In this document: piece by piece, positions 37,501-48,713 of the stretch
How the letters are laid out: each line of letters starts with the position of its first letter
Position numbering within the stretch: position 1 is the stretch's first letter
Source of the DNA: Longimicrobiales bacterium
Lineage (GTDB): Bacteria > Gemmatimonadota > Gemmatimonadetes > Longimicrobiales > Gaopeijiaceae
DNA: 64,000 nt
Assembly: GCA_965219445.1 (NCBI GenBank)
Contig: CBDCNQ010000004.1
Location: 96,001 to 160,000 of the forward strand
Reading direction: 5' to 3'
Notes under the pieces: model-generated
Database searches by the model: none
What the model saw: the letters and a program-made list of their open reading frames with translations, nothing else
What the model was told of the DNA's origin: nothing
Made by a program: the position numbers and the translations under genes

Positions 37501-40158
37501 GCCTGGGATGTCCCTGTGGTCAACAGCCCGTTCGTCACCGTGTCCACCGGACTGGCCGAAGTGGTCGATCTCGACAAAGACCCCTCCTCGGTCGGCCGGC
37601 AGCTTCTGCCCGCCTCCGACGGATGGCTGACCATCCGGATCCGCGCCAGCTCCGAGGTCTCCTTGGACGTACTGGCCCTCCAGGCCGGCGAGGCAACCGG
37701 AGAAGTGGCCCTTCAACACGTACCGAAGGCAAGGGAGCTCATGATCACCAGCATGGGGCAGTACGGCCTGGGCGCCGCACCGGACGACTTCGGTGCCATC
37801 ACCGTGCGGGGGCGCCTGGGCGCAGAGACTGGCGTGACTCTCTCCTACGACAGTCGCGCTCTGGACGCCGGGCGCGACGCGTACGGCAGGACGATCAGCC
37901 CGCTGGACGAGGCCCAGTATCCGATCCTCGGCGACGCCTCCGTGCGCCGGAGCGAGGCAGACATGCGGCCCGGCCTCTCCGCCCGCATCGAGCGTGGAAC
38001 GGACTGGATCGCCGCCGGTGAGTTGGCGAACATGGGATTCGGTACCAGCCTCACGCTGGCCCAATACCGCCGGGCCCTCCCCGGCGTGGCGGCAAACGTC
38101 CGCACGGGTCCCGTGACCTGGAGCGGGTTTGGTGCCATGACCTCCCAGAGCCTCCGCCAGGTCCAGATCCGCGGTGCCGGCATCTCCGGCCCGTACGACT
38201 TGGGCACGGGCATCGTGCCGGGTACGGAGCGGGTCAGCGTGGAGACCCGAGCCTTGGACAATCCGGAACGCAGCCTCCGGCTCCAGACCCTCCAGCAACT
38301 CGCGGACTACCAGATCGACTACGCGACGGGCACTCTGCTCCTCAAGACCCCGGTGCCCTCGGTGGACCTGAACAACAATCCGATCTTCCTCGTCGTGGAC
38401 TTCGAGTCGGACGGGGGCGGCAAGTCGCAGTCCGTGTGGGGTCTTCGCGCCGAGACCGACTTCGGGATCCCTCTGGGGCTCTCGGTCGTGCAGGACAGAG
38501 CCGAAGGCCAGACCTTCGGAATGCTGGGCGCAGACGTGCGGGTTCGCGCGCCGAACGGGTCCGAGCTGGCCGCCGAGGTGGCCTACACCGAAAACCCCGA
38601 CTCGGCGGGGGTGGCCTTCCTCATGTCCGGCCAGGGGAACCTATTGGGCGGCGCGGTGGGACTGACAGGCCAGTGGATGCATGTGGCCAACCGATTCAGT
38701 AATCCATCGAATATCGGGCTGCAGGCCGTCGACGAGTTCGAGGTGGGGACCCAACTGCGGGCCGCCGGCAACGAGCTCCAAGTGGGCCACAGCCGCCAGA
38801 GGTTCGCGGCAAGCGGAATCGAGCGGCGCACCACGGATGCGCGGGTCGTCAGCTCCCCCGTCATGGGAGTCTCACTCACCGCGGGCTTCACCGACCAGGC
38901 CGTCTCCAACGGCAACGTGCTCGGTGGGGCGTCGCGGGCCGGACGCTTGGAGCTCGCATGGCAGCCAACCTCCAGGGTCCGGCTCTGGTCGGAAGCCCAA
39001 AACTCATTCCTCCAGGATCCGGGCGCGGGCCTCGGAGATTTCATCGGTGGCGGAGCGTCCTTGGCCTTGCTCGAACAGTTCTCGCTGGAGGGCCGCCATC
39101 TGCGAATGCAGGGTGACCCTAACGGCGATTACTCCATCACGCGCTTCGGCCTGCAGTCCCGCTTGGAGCGTGGGACCCGGGCCTGGGGCTCGTACGAGAT
39201 CGCGGGTGGCGTGGACCATCAGACCAACGCCGCGGTCGTGGGTCTCAATCAGCAGATACGCCTGGGGCAGTCCTGGACCGTCAACGCTATGATGGAGCGC
39301 CGTGTGGGCCTCGAACGGGCCGCGCTCTCCGATCCGCTCCGGGCCGCCCCCTTCACCCAGCAGGAGGAGGACTACTGGTCGGCCGGACTGAACCTCGAGC
39401 TTCTCCCTCAGGACGGTCCCTACAGCGCGAGCGCCCAGCTGGAGCGAAGGACCGGAGCGGTGCGCTCCAGCGACCTGGCGAACTTGGCGGCGGACATCAC
39501 GTTCAACCGCAGCCTGGCGATCCTTTCCCGGGGAACCTACAACCGTGTCCAGGACGTAAGCACCGGCCTGCCGACGCAGCGGACCGCTTCAGGCCTCTTC
39601 GGCCTGGCCCTCCGACCCGCGGGCAATGATGCGGTGAATGCCCTCCTGAAGCTGGAGTGGCAGCGGGACGAAAATCGGCCCCAGCAGAACGTCTTTGGGA
39701 GGATGGGCTTGGAGTCTCGGCTCATCGGGGCCGCAGAGGTCATCCTGAGTCCGCTGGCGAGAGTCGAGCTGGGAGGCCGATACGCCGTGCGAAGCACCAA
39801 CTTCGTCGTCGGTGCCCAGGCCCCGCTCACCTCCCTCGCTCATTACGTGGGCTCCCGAGCCAATCTGGGACTCACGTCCTGGCTCGGCGTCGGGGGAGAA
39901 GGCCGGCTCCTAGTAGAAGGTACCAGCGGCGAGATGCGGTGGGACGTCGCTCCTGTCATGAAGCTCACCCCTGTAAACGAGTTAGAGATCGCCGGCGGGT
40001 ACCGCTTCGGCGACCTGCTCGACCCCGACTTCGCCTCCAACGGAGGCCAGGGCTGGTTCGTCACCTTCCAACTTCGCGTCACCGAGGACAACCCGATCGT
40101 GGACTACTGGCGGAATCGGATGCGCTCGACGATGGCGAGGCGAGGAGATACACCATGA
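34516..40158 (+). CDS. Large DUF11-repeat protein with an SdrD-B-like domain and a long C-terminal predicted outer-membrane beta-barrel
   Basis: Signal peptide; two clear DUF11 domains; GKIWIDEDGNGRQDGGE; ~800 C-terminal aa of amphipathic beta strands ending GWFVTFQLRV. Confidence 0.8.
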   Translation: MEFRTYLRRCLRQASLDLRVRGVASWVRWIAVAAVLLGGVVEVRATGTPAGTLVTARASVSYTGPNGTPGNVMSPDAMVMIGQVAGVDVEPPRSSLGAAGTSVIFPHTLTNVGNGSDTFVLTATSLDGWPIRMVLDVNGSGTEDVGDTPIVGPVALNADAVAQILVVLDIPLAAPVRAPQPAVTLTATSQFDAGVTDSLTDDLGVTPPVPTVTLNKTVDVASAVAGDILTYTITYTASALGSNDLTIQDTIPAGLSYEAGTLRLDTQALTDVSGDDEGHYDPTPGVIVVTVPAAAIQPVDSVSFQVRVLPVRTSTMMQNMAVASSGTASDVSNVSQTLIVGPDLTLEKTVQGPNPARSGDQLVYRVALTNDASGGLAEAALVTDTVPAGLEIVDAGPGATVDGNVVTWAFGDVNAAEQVEASLQVQVAATIPDTLSVVNVANLSLMGQPHMAASAPSVLLLGTAGDILALDLRGETLEAQLGEPVYLSFTVENRSNLNVTDVGVRIDIPSGLAFSRSLQEVDSIQTQPGQVTLYLGPLAAGGTLEGQAAFALVSALPGTMVISAMAFGHVGSVAMSGPAPLVAALTSGTTPVGATAALSHGGSPAGFDVRSAQQQIFVGIRAGTPLETRTVIGKIWIDEDGNGRQDGGELGVHGVAVWNESGDVSSSDSEGKLSFRNVRPGAHTFRVDRSTLPVALRVNPEGDDGFASLHLNGWASGRISFGLVPRGARLVDFQVQTEDEAASGVMRLADYQLETESAATNAGLSSLEAPAPDAIVQSELVLEPHRAGWPEVAYPIPEGWLPLPASARLGDTPVDDPEIRVDRDGSAWMFWTLDGLREPLHVTLEPESAVRSAETVTLPALRSAEDRSRDGGSGIITGPGVALIAPVDGAVLGSDRVYVGALGEPGAQATLFSGDSILAESVIRIDGQVDFIGVGLQRGTNRLRVRMVNSWNLERWDSLDVHVTSVPASFAPVADTIALPADGVTIRETRVRVLDAWDVPVVNSPFVTVSTGLAEVVDLDKDPSSVGRQLLPASDGWLTIRIRASSEVSLDVLALQAGEATGEVALQHVPKARELMITSMGQYGLGAAPDDFGAITVRGRLGAETGVTLSYDSRALDAGRDAYGRTISPLDEAQYPILGDASVRRSEADMRPGLSARIERGTDWIAAGELANMGFGTSLTLAQYRRALPGVAANVRTGPVTWSGFGAMTSQSLRQVQIRGAGISGPYDLGTGIVPGTERVSVETRALDNPERSLRLQTLQQLADYQIDYATGTLLLKTPVPSVDLNNNPIFLVVDFESDGGGKSQSVWGLRAETDFGIPLGLSVVQDRAEGQTFGMLGADVRVRAPNGSELAAEVAYTENPDSAGVAFLMSGQGNLLGGAVGLTGQWMHVANRFSNPSNIGLQAVDEFEVGTQLRAAGNELQVGHSRQRFAASGIERRTTDARVVSSPVMGVSLTAGFTDQAVSNGNVLGGASRAGRLELAWQPTSRVRLWSEAQNSFLQDPGAGLGDFIGGGASLALLEQFSLEGRHLRMQGDPNGDYSITRFGLQSRLERGTRAWGSYEIAGGVDHQTNAAVVGLNQQIRLGQSWTVNAMMERRVGLERAALSDPLRAAPFTQQEEDYWSAGLNLELLPQDGPYSASAQLERRTGAVRSSDLANLAADITFNRSLAILSRGTYNRVQDVSTGLPTQRTASGLFGLALRPAGNDAVNALLKLEWQRDENRPQQNVFGRMGLESRLIGAAEVILSPLARVELGGRYAVRSTNFVVGAQAPLTSLAHYVGSRANLGLTSWLGVGGEGRLLVEGTSGEMRWDVAPVMKLTPVNELEIAGGYRFGDLLDPDFASNGGQGWFVTFQLRVTEDNPIVDYWRNRMRSTMARRGDTP

Positions 40159-43100
40159 GTCGCCTCCGCCTTGCACTCGCGCACCTGAGCGCGAGCACGC
40201 TGTTCTGGAGCCACGCCCTCGTAGTGGCGGCCGGCATCTTGGTTCCTGCGAAGCCCGCACAGGCGCAGAGCCCTGAGAATCGCTTCGCGGGTGCCGGCGT
40301 CAGTGAGGGTGCCGAGGAGATGCCCTGGATCCTCCCAGGCAACATAACCGCTGATGATGGCGCCGAAGCCACCATCTCGAATTATGACTCCGACGAATTC
40401 GAGAGGACGCTTCGGTCCCACACCTACGGCTTCACGATCCCGGGCGGCGCGACGATCGACGGGATCGAGGTGATCGTTGGACGACGAAACAACAATAGCC
40501 CCGGGGTGGCCGATAACGTCATTCGACTGGCCAAGGCAGGAGTTGCTGTCGGTGCTAACAAATCTACCGGCGTCGTATGGCCCACGGTGGAGGCACCCAT
40601 TACGTATGGTACCCCAACCGATCTTTGGGGCACGACCTGGACACCGGCCGAGATCAACGCCGGCGGATTCGGTCTCACGCTCAATCCGCTCAACACCGGT
40701 AATGCCGAAAACGCAGCGGTCGATTACCACCGGATCATCGTTTACTACACCACTGCCGAAACGATCCTCCTGGTGGTACCGGACGCGGCGAGCCTGGGCG
40801 CGCAGGACGCCGCGAAGAAGACGTTGATCGAATCCTGGGGCTACACCGTTACGCCAATCTCGGCAAACGACACTCAGGCCAACTTCGACGCCGCCGTGGC
40901 AGCTTCTGACGCCGTCTATGTCTCCGAAGAGATCTCCTCCGCCGACCTAAACACGAAGCTCACATCAGCGACGATCGGGCTCGTCCTCGAAGAGGGCTCT
41001 CTCTCGGATGAGTTCGGGTTTTCGACGGGCAAGCTGAACTACACAGACTCTGCGATCGACATTACGGACAACACCCATTACATCACCTCAGCCTTCAGCA
41101 CGGGATCGCTGACCATCGCGTCCCCGGCTCAGGACCTCCACTACCTCGACGGGACGATCGCTGCAGGTGCGCACGTCCTCGCAGAGCAGCTCGCCACAGC
41201 GAATAGGACACTGGTCGTGCTTGACGTCGGTGCGGCGCTGGAGCCTGCGGGTACGGCCGCAGGACGTCGCGTCATCTTACCGTGGGGTCCTGATGCATTC
41301 GATATCAACTCGCTCACCGTCGACGGGCAGACCTTGATGCGCAGGGCTATCGAGTGGGCGACAGGATTGGGAACAGATTCGACGCCGCCGGACGCCGTTG
41401 CGAACCTTGCCACCGGAACGGTGACGGCGTCCTCCATTGACCTGTCCTAGACGGCCCCCGGCGACGACGGAGCCACCGGGACCGCGACCACCTACGACGT
41501 TCGTTACTCCACGAGCACGATCACCGCGGGCAACTGGGCCTCAGCCACGCAGGCGAGCGGAGAGCCGGCGCCGTCGGTAGCAGGCAGCGCCGAGACGTTC
41601 ACCGTGACGGGGCTCAGCGCGAGCACTACCTACTTCTTTGCGATCAAGACCTCGGACGAGATCCCGAACGAGAGCGTGATCTCTAACGTGCCGAGCGCCG
41701 CGACCGCGTCGCCCGCCACGTTGCTGGCCCGATACTGGATGGAAGAGGCGTCGAGCGGTCAGGCGCCAACACAGTTGCTCGACGACCAGGCGAGCCCCTT
41801 GAACCTGCCCATCACCTATGACGGGGCGAACTACAGCTACACGGTCCTCCCCACAGGACGGGGTTGGGAGTCGACGACCACAAACAACGACGGGCGGGCA
41901 TCTACGTTGGTTAACGGTACAAAGCTTCAAACGACCCTCGATGGCGCCACGGCGACCACTATCGAGGTCGTGTTGGCGATTGATGCCCTTAGCACTAGTC
42001 AGAGTCGCATCTTCCACATCGGCGATGGCTCGGAGTCCGGCTACCTGACCCTTTCATCCCCCAATGCAACTACACTCTTCTTCTACGCGCTTGGGACAAC
42101 TCTCCGAGGCCAATGGAACCCGGGATTCGATGGAACTCGAGCAGTATTCCATTTGGTTTACGACTCCGCGGAGCCGACGGCCGGGGACCGAGTGCGGCTG
42201 TACAAGAACGGCGTGCTCCAAGCCTCGACCGGTGGGACCGATCCGCCGCTGAACGAGACGATCAGCATCCCCAATGGCAAGTACTTCGCCATTGCGAACC
42301 GTGAGGTCGGCGTCCGGTCGTTCGATGGGAGCATCTACTATGCGGCCGTCTACGACGGCGCCCTCACAGCCTCGGAAGTCTCGACTAACTCCACCGCCCT
42401 GCTGGCCAGCGACGACAGCGGACTTGATTCTACACCGCCGGACGCGATCACAGACCTCGCCACCGGAACAGTGAGGTCGACGAGCCAGCAGTTGAGCTGG
42501 ACCGCGCCCGGCGACGACGCAGCCACCGGGACCGCGACCAGCTACGATATCCGCTACTCGACGAGCACGATCACCGAGGGCAACTGGGCCGCCGCCACGC
42601 AAGCGACCGGAGAGCCTTCGCCGCAGGTCGCGGGCAGCAGCGAGACGTTCACGGTCACGGGGCTGAGCGGCAGCACCACGTACTTTTTCGCGATCAAGAC
42701 CTCGGACGAAGTCCCGAACGAATCAGCGATCTCAAACGTGCCGAGCGCCACGACAGACCTGGACGGTATGACGCAGACCGGCTTCGCCTGGTCGGACGAC
42801 GTAGCGACCTTCACATCGAAGGGTGATGACGTGACGTTGGATGCGGCACAAGGGACGACCTACATCGTCGGGATCCAGGTTGCGATGACCCAGGGGGCCG
42901 CCAGCAATAGTTGGGTGCTCCAGGTGCGCGAAGACGGCGCGGGCTCGTGGCTCGACGTGTTCCAGCTGGGCGGCGGCGAGAGTCAGGTGTGGGAGACGGA
43001 TTCGTCCCACAACTTCAGCAAGGGGAACGGTGACGTCGTCTCGACCGGAGAATTCGGCAACGGCACGGCCCCCACGTACTTCACGGCTGTCGACGGTGAG

Positions 43101-46100
43101 TTCTCGGACGACAACAACGGCCTCGGCGACGGCTACACCGGCCCCGACGTCTACACTGAGCTCCAGTATGCTGTGAGGGCTTCGGGCTTGAGCGACGGCC
43201 ACACCTACGAGTTCAGGGTAACGTACAACGGGTCACCGCTGGACCTGTACAGCACGTACGCGACCGTCGCCGATCCGGGCACGCCGGACGCTGTCTCGGA
43301 CCTCGCCACCGGAACGCTCACCTCGTCGAGCGTACAGCTGACCTGGACCGCACCCGGAGACAACGGGGCCACCGGGACCGCGTCCACCTATGACGTCCGC
43401 TACTCCACGAGCGTCATCAACGACGGTAACTGGGCCTCCGCCACGCAGGCGACCGGAGAGCCTGCGCCGCAGGTCGGGGGCAGTGCCGAGACGTTTACCG
43501 TCACGGGGCTCAACTCGAGCACCACGTATTACTTCGCGATCAAGACCTCGGACGAGGTCCCGAACGAGTCAGCGCTCTCCAACGTTCCGAGCGCCACGAC
43601 GTTGAACGGCGCGCCGACAGTGGTTGCGGCGATCGCGGACACCTCGGTGGTCGAGGACAACCCACCGGTCGACAACTATCGCGATCTAAAGGCTGTGTTC
43701 ACCGACTTCGAGGATGGCTCGGCGCTCACCTTCACGATCCAGACCAACACCAATCCGGGTCTGGTCACGCCGACCATCGGCGCCGACAGCGCCTTGGATC
43801 TGAGCTTCACCGCCAGTCTCAATGGTGCGGCAACGATCACCGTCCGCGCCACCGATAGTGGCGCGCTGTTCGTGGACGATGTCTTCACGGTCACCGTCCT
43901 GGATACGACGCCGCCAGATGCCGTCGCGGACCTAGCCACCGGAACGGTGACAGCGTCGAGCGTGGACCTGTCCTGGACTGCGCCTGGAGACGACGGGGCC
44001 ACCGGCACCGCGACCACGTACGACGTCCGGTACTCGACGAGCGTAATCAACGACGGCAACTGGGCCTCGGCCACGCAGGCAACGGGAGAGCCCGCCCCGC
44101 AGGTTGCGGGTAGCTCGGAGACATTCACGGTCACGGGGCTCAACTCGACCACGACCTACTACTTCGCGATCAAGACGTCGGACGAGGTTCCGAACGAATC
44201 AGCGCTCTCCAACGTGCCGAGCGCCACGACACTGAACGGCCCGCCGACGGTAGCCGCGGCGATCGCAGACACAACCGTGAATGGGGACAACCCCCCCGTC
44301 GACAACTATCGCGATCTCAAGGCCGTGTTCACTGACTTCGAGGATGGCTCGGCGCTCACCTACACGATCCAGGGCAACACCAATCCGGGCCTGATCACGC
44401 CGACCATCGGTGCCGACAGCGCCCTTGATCTGAGTTTCACCGCCGGCATCAACGGTGCCGCAACGATCACGGTCCGGGCCACCGACAGCGGTGCCCTGTT
44501 CGTGGATGATGTCTTCACGGTCACGGTACTGGATACGCATGCGCCGGAGGCCATCACCAATCTTGCCACCGGATCGGTCTCGTCGTCGAGTGTGCAGCTC
44601 ACCTGGACCGCTCCCGGAGACGATGGAGCCACCGGGACGGCGACGACCTATGACGTCCGCTACTCGACGAGCACGATCACGGAGGGCAACTGGGCCTCCG
44701 CCACGCAGGCGAGCGGAGAGCCTTCGCCCCAGGCCGCGGGCAGCGGTGAGTCGTTCACGGTGACGGGGCTCAGCCAGGGCACCACATACCATTTCGCGAT
44801 CAAGACTTCGGACGAGGTCCCGAACCAGAGCGCGATCTCCAACGTGCCGAGCGTCGCGACGATCGTCTCGGCCAGCGTGACGTACCAGACGGGCGACGGT
44901 AAGGGGAGTGTCTCCGAGGCCGACGATGCGAAGCTCATCGATGGTGGGTCTGCGGACACGAACTATGGCACTACGACCGACCTGGAGATTGATTCAGGCG
45001 ATAAACACAGTGTCATAAAGTTCCCCAATATTTTCGGTGGCGGCGCCGACCAGATCCCCCTGAACTCCGTGATCGTCAGCGCCACGTTGACCCTGCAAGT
45101 GTTCGACCAGGGAGACGATCCTCTGGTGTACCAGCTCATAGAGGGTTGGGTGGAGAGCCAGGTCACCTACAACGACCGAATCACCGGCGTGGGTTGGTCG
45201 AACCCGGGCGCCGGCGGAACGGGCTCGCACAAAGCGACAGCCGATGGCAGCCTGCCGGCAGGATCGACGGGCAGCAGAAGCGTCGACGTGAGCACCAGCG
45301 TACAGAACTGGTCCGATGGAGAGGTGAATGAGGGGTGGGTGCTCGAGGACACGGGTTCCGGTGGCGTGGACATTCGGACGAGTGAGTATGCAACCGTTGC
45401 TCAACGGCCCATGCTCTCGGTGACTTACCTCCCGGGTGGTGACCAGACGGCGCCGAACACCGTTACGAACCTAGCCACCGGAACCGTGACGGCGACGACC
45501 GTGGACTTGTCGTGGACCGCGCCCGGCGACGATGGAGCCAGCGGGACGGCGACCAGCTACGACATTCGCTACTCGACGAGCACGATCACCGAGGGCAACT
45601 GGGCCTCTGCCACGCAGGCGACCGGAGAGCCTTCGCCGCAGGTCGCGGGCAGCGCCGAGGGGTTCACGGTTACGGGCCTGAGCAGCGACATCACGTACTA
45701 CTTCGCGATCAAGACCTCGGACGAGATCCCTAACGAATCAGCGATCTCGAACGTGCCGAGCGCGGCGACACCGGACGTCACGGCGCCCGACGCCATCACG
45801 GACTTGGCTACCGGGACGGTGACGACGTCGAGCGTGGACCTGTCCTGGACCGCACCTGGAGACGACGGGGCCACCGGGACGGCGACCACCTACGACGTCC
45901 GCTACTCCACGAGCACGATCAACGACGGCAACTGGGCGTCCGCGACGCTGGCCACAGGTGAGCCAGCACCGCAGGCCGCGGGAAGCAGTGAGTCGTTCAC
46001 GGTCACGGGGCTCAGCGCGAGCACTACGTACTTCTTCGCGATCAAGACCTCGGACGAGGTCCCGAACGAATCAGCGCTCTCCAACGTGCCGAGCGCCGCG

Positions 46101-48713
46101 ACGTCCTCGAACATCCCCACCTTCGCAAGTGGAGGTCAGAAGTTACACGTCGGCCAGCCGCCGGTCCCCATCAGGCTGATGACCATTACCGACGCGACGG
46201 GAGCGGGCACGTTCACCGACGCCAACGACCTGCGGATCCGGATCCCTGCCACGTTCAACATGATCTGGGACACGTTGGACGTCGACGCGACAATCGGCGG
46301 CGGCGCCAGCGCCAAGGTGAGCTCTACGGTGAGCTACGAGGATGCCGGAAAGACGCTGGTCCCGAATGTGCTGACCGACTTCCTGGCCTCAGAGCAGTTC
46401 ACCGTCGCGGATCTGAGCTTCATGTCCTTCACGGCAGTCTCGGCGGCAGACAAGCTGGAGCTCGAGGTCTATAACGACGACGTGGTCACGACCGAGGATA
46501 CCGCCAACAAGGAGATCATCGTCGGCCCCAGCATCTCATCTCGCACCAACCAGACCTTCATGGTGAGCGATCCGGCGACGCTCGCGGACACGATCACCAT
46601 TACCGAGTCTCCGACGGATCCGGTGATAACGACGGGCGACGACATCCGTATTCGCATTCCCACGGGCTTCAACATGGTCTGGGATGCTACGGTCACGAGC
46701 GTCACCCTCGGCGGAGGTGCAGCGGGTAACGTGAGCACGACGCTGCTGCCTTACGAGGATGGGAACAAGACTGCGGTGCTTGATGTCACAGGCAACTTTG
46801 CAGTAAGCGATGTAATCACAGTCGTCGGTCTGACCTTCACGACCTTCAGCGGCGTCTCCGCAGCCGACAGCTTGGAGTTGGAGCTCGAGGACGACGGCGT
46901 GGTCTCGGCCGAAGATGACAAGACGATCGAGATCATCCCGCTCAATACGACCCCCACGGTGGCGGCGGCCATCCCCGACACTACGGTGGCTGAGAATAGC
47001 TCGCCGATCGATAACTATCGCGATCTCAACGCGGTGTTTACGGACGTGGAGGACCTCTCACAGCTCACGTACACGATCCAAAGCAACACGAATCCCGGCC
47101 TGATCACGCCGACCATCGACGCCGACAGCGCCTTGGATCTGAGCTTCACCGCCAGCACAACGGGTAGCGCGACGATCACAGTGCGAGCCACAGACAGCGG
47201 TGCATTGTTCGTGGACGATGTCTTCACGGTGTCAGTCAGCGCCCCCGCGGCATTGGTGGGTCGCTACTGGTTGAACGAAGCACCCTCCGGGCAAGTGCCC
47301 ACCACGGTGTACGACGATCAAGCGAGCCCCCTCAATCTCAGTGTGACCTACGACGCGAACATGGCATGGACCCTGAACAACGGCCATCGTGGGCTAACGT
47401 CCTCGGTCGTGCACGCGGGGATCGCCTCGGCGAACGCGGCAGGCACGAAGTACGTGACCAATCTTGACGGAGCGACCCAGGCCACGTTCGTCACGGTGAT
47501 GGAGTGGGGTGCCGGAAACGCCGACCGTATGGCCGGTTTCCAGGAGAGCGACGGCACCCGCGTTTTCCAGTTGATGACCAAGAGCGGCGGCGACATAGAG
47601 TTGCGATATCGTGCCCAAGTGGAGTACACGAGGATGTATTGGCCGGGCACGTGGGACGATGGCGTGCGGCGTGTCTTCCACGCCGTCTACGATTCCGACG
47701 ATGCCACCCTGAACGATCGGGTCCGGCTGTATGTGAACGGTGTCGATCAGGGGACGCCGACCCTCATTAGCGGCAACATGCCCCCGGTTTCTGATGGGCT
47801 GGACTTCGGCGCCGCGACGGTCGAGCTGGCGGTAATGAACGAGTCGGACCTCAGCAACGGCCTCCCGGGCAGCGTCTTCTACTACGCCGTCCATACCGGG
47901 GAAATGACCGACGGGGAAATCTCCACCGAGGCCACCGCGCTTCTGGCCGACGACGACAACATCACCTATACCGTCGCCGTCACGCCCGATGGGGTCGATA
48001 CGCTGAAGGTGCTCCCGAGCAACGGAACTTCATATTCCTACAAGCTCACGATCGACAACACCTCGAGCGTGATCGAGGACTTCGGCCTTTTCGGCTTCCC
48101 CGGCGACGTGTCCACCTTCCTCACCGTCGACTCGATCGTCGGGCCTAGCGTTACCGCAGGGGCGACCGCAGACAGCGCGTCGATCGCGGGCATCCCCGCC
48201 AGTACCGTTGACAGCGCGTTCGTGTGGTACAGCGTGGCCAACGTCGCAGCCGGTACTCTGGACTCTCTGTACGTCGAGGCCCGCTCGTTTAGCAGTAGCG
48301 CCGTGGCTGACACGGGTTGGGTTTTCATAGAGGTCGTGAAGCCCAACCTCACCGTTGGTAAGGCCGTCACTCCGAACGGCACGCAGCTGCCGGGCACCGA
48401 CCTGACCTACACCGTCACCATTACCAACGACGGCACCGATGACGCCGCCAGCGTGGTCGTGCTGGACTCGGTGCCGGCAGAGCTCGACTTCAAGGTGGGC
48501 AGCGTCGTGAACAGCCTACCGGTCACGGCCACGGTGGAGTATTCGAACGACGCGGGCAGCTCGTGGACCTATGTACCGGTATCGGCGGGGTGCGGGGCGC
48601 CTGCGACCTACGACGCGTGCGTGACCCACATTCGCTGGACGCTGGACACACACCTCAGCTATGTGGGGCCGAACAACACGGGTGACGTCGAGTTCGTGGC
48701 TCGAATCCAGTAG
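40155..48713 (+). CDS. Giant (~2850-codon) multidomain surface adhesin with one in-frame TAG at 41448-41450
   Basis: ATGA overlap with the upstream gene; signal peptide; 7 FN3 repeats, 2 LamG-like, 3 cadherin-like, a DNRLRE-like domain and a C-terminal DUF11. The frame continues past the stop (DLS*TAPGDDG). Confidence 0.82.
41377..46103 (+). repeat. Seven highly similar ~330-bp fibronectin type III coding repeats
   Basis: WTAPGD[DN]..TGTA..YD.RYSTS...YFAIKTSDE.PN starting near 41377, 42426, 43281, 43902, 44532, 45441 and 45774. Confidence 0.92.

Noticed and set aside
41448..41450. Amber recoding (pyrrolysine or alternative genetic code)
   Set aside because: TAG ends ordinary genes here (e.g. 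murB, the dehalogenase), and the site is a conserved Trp one substitution away.
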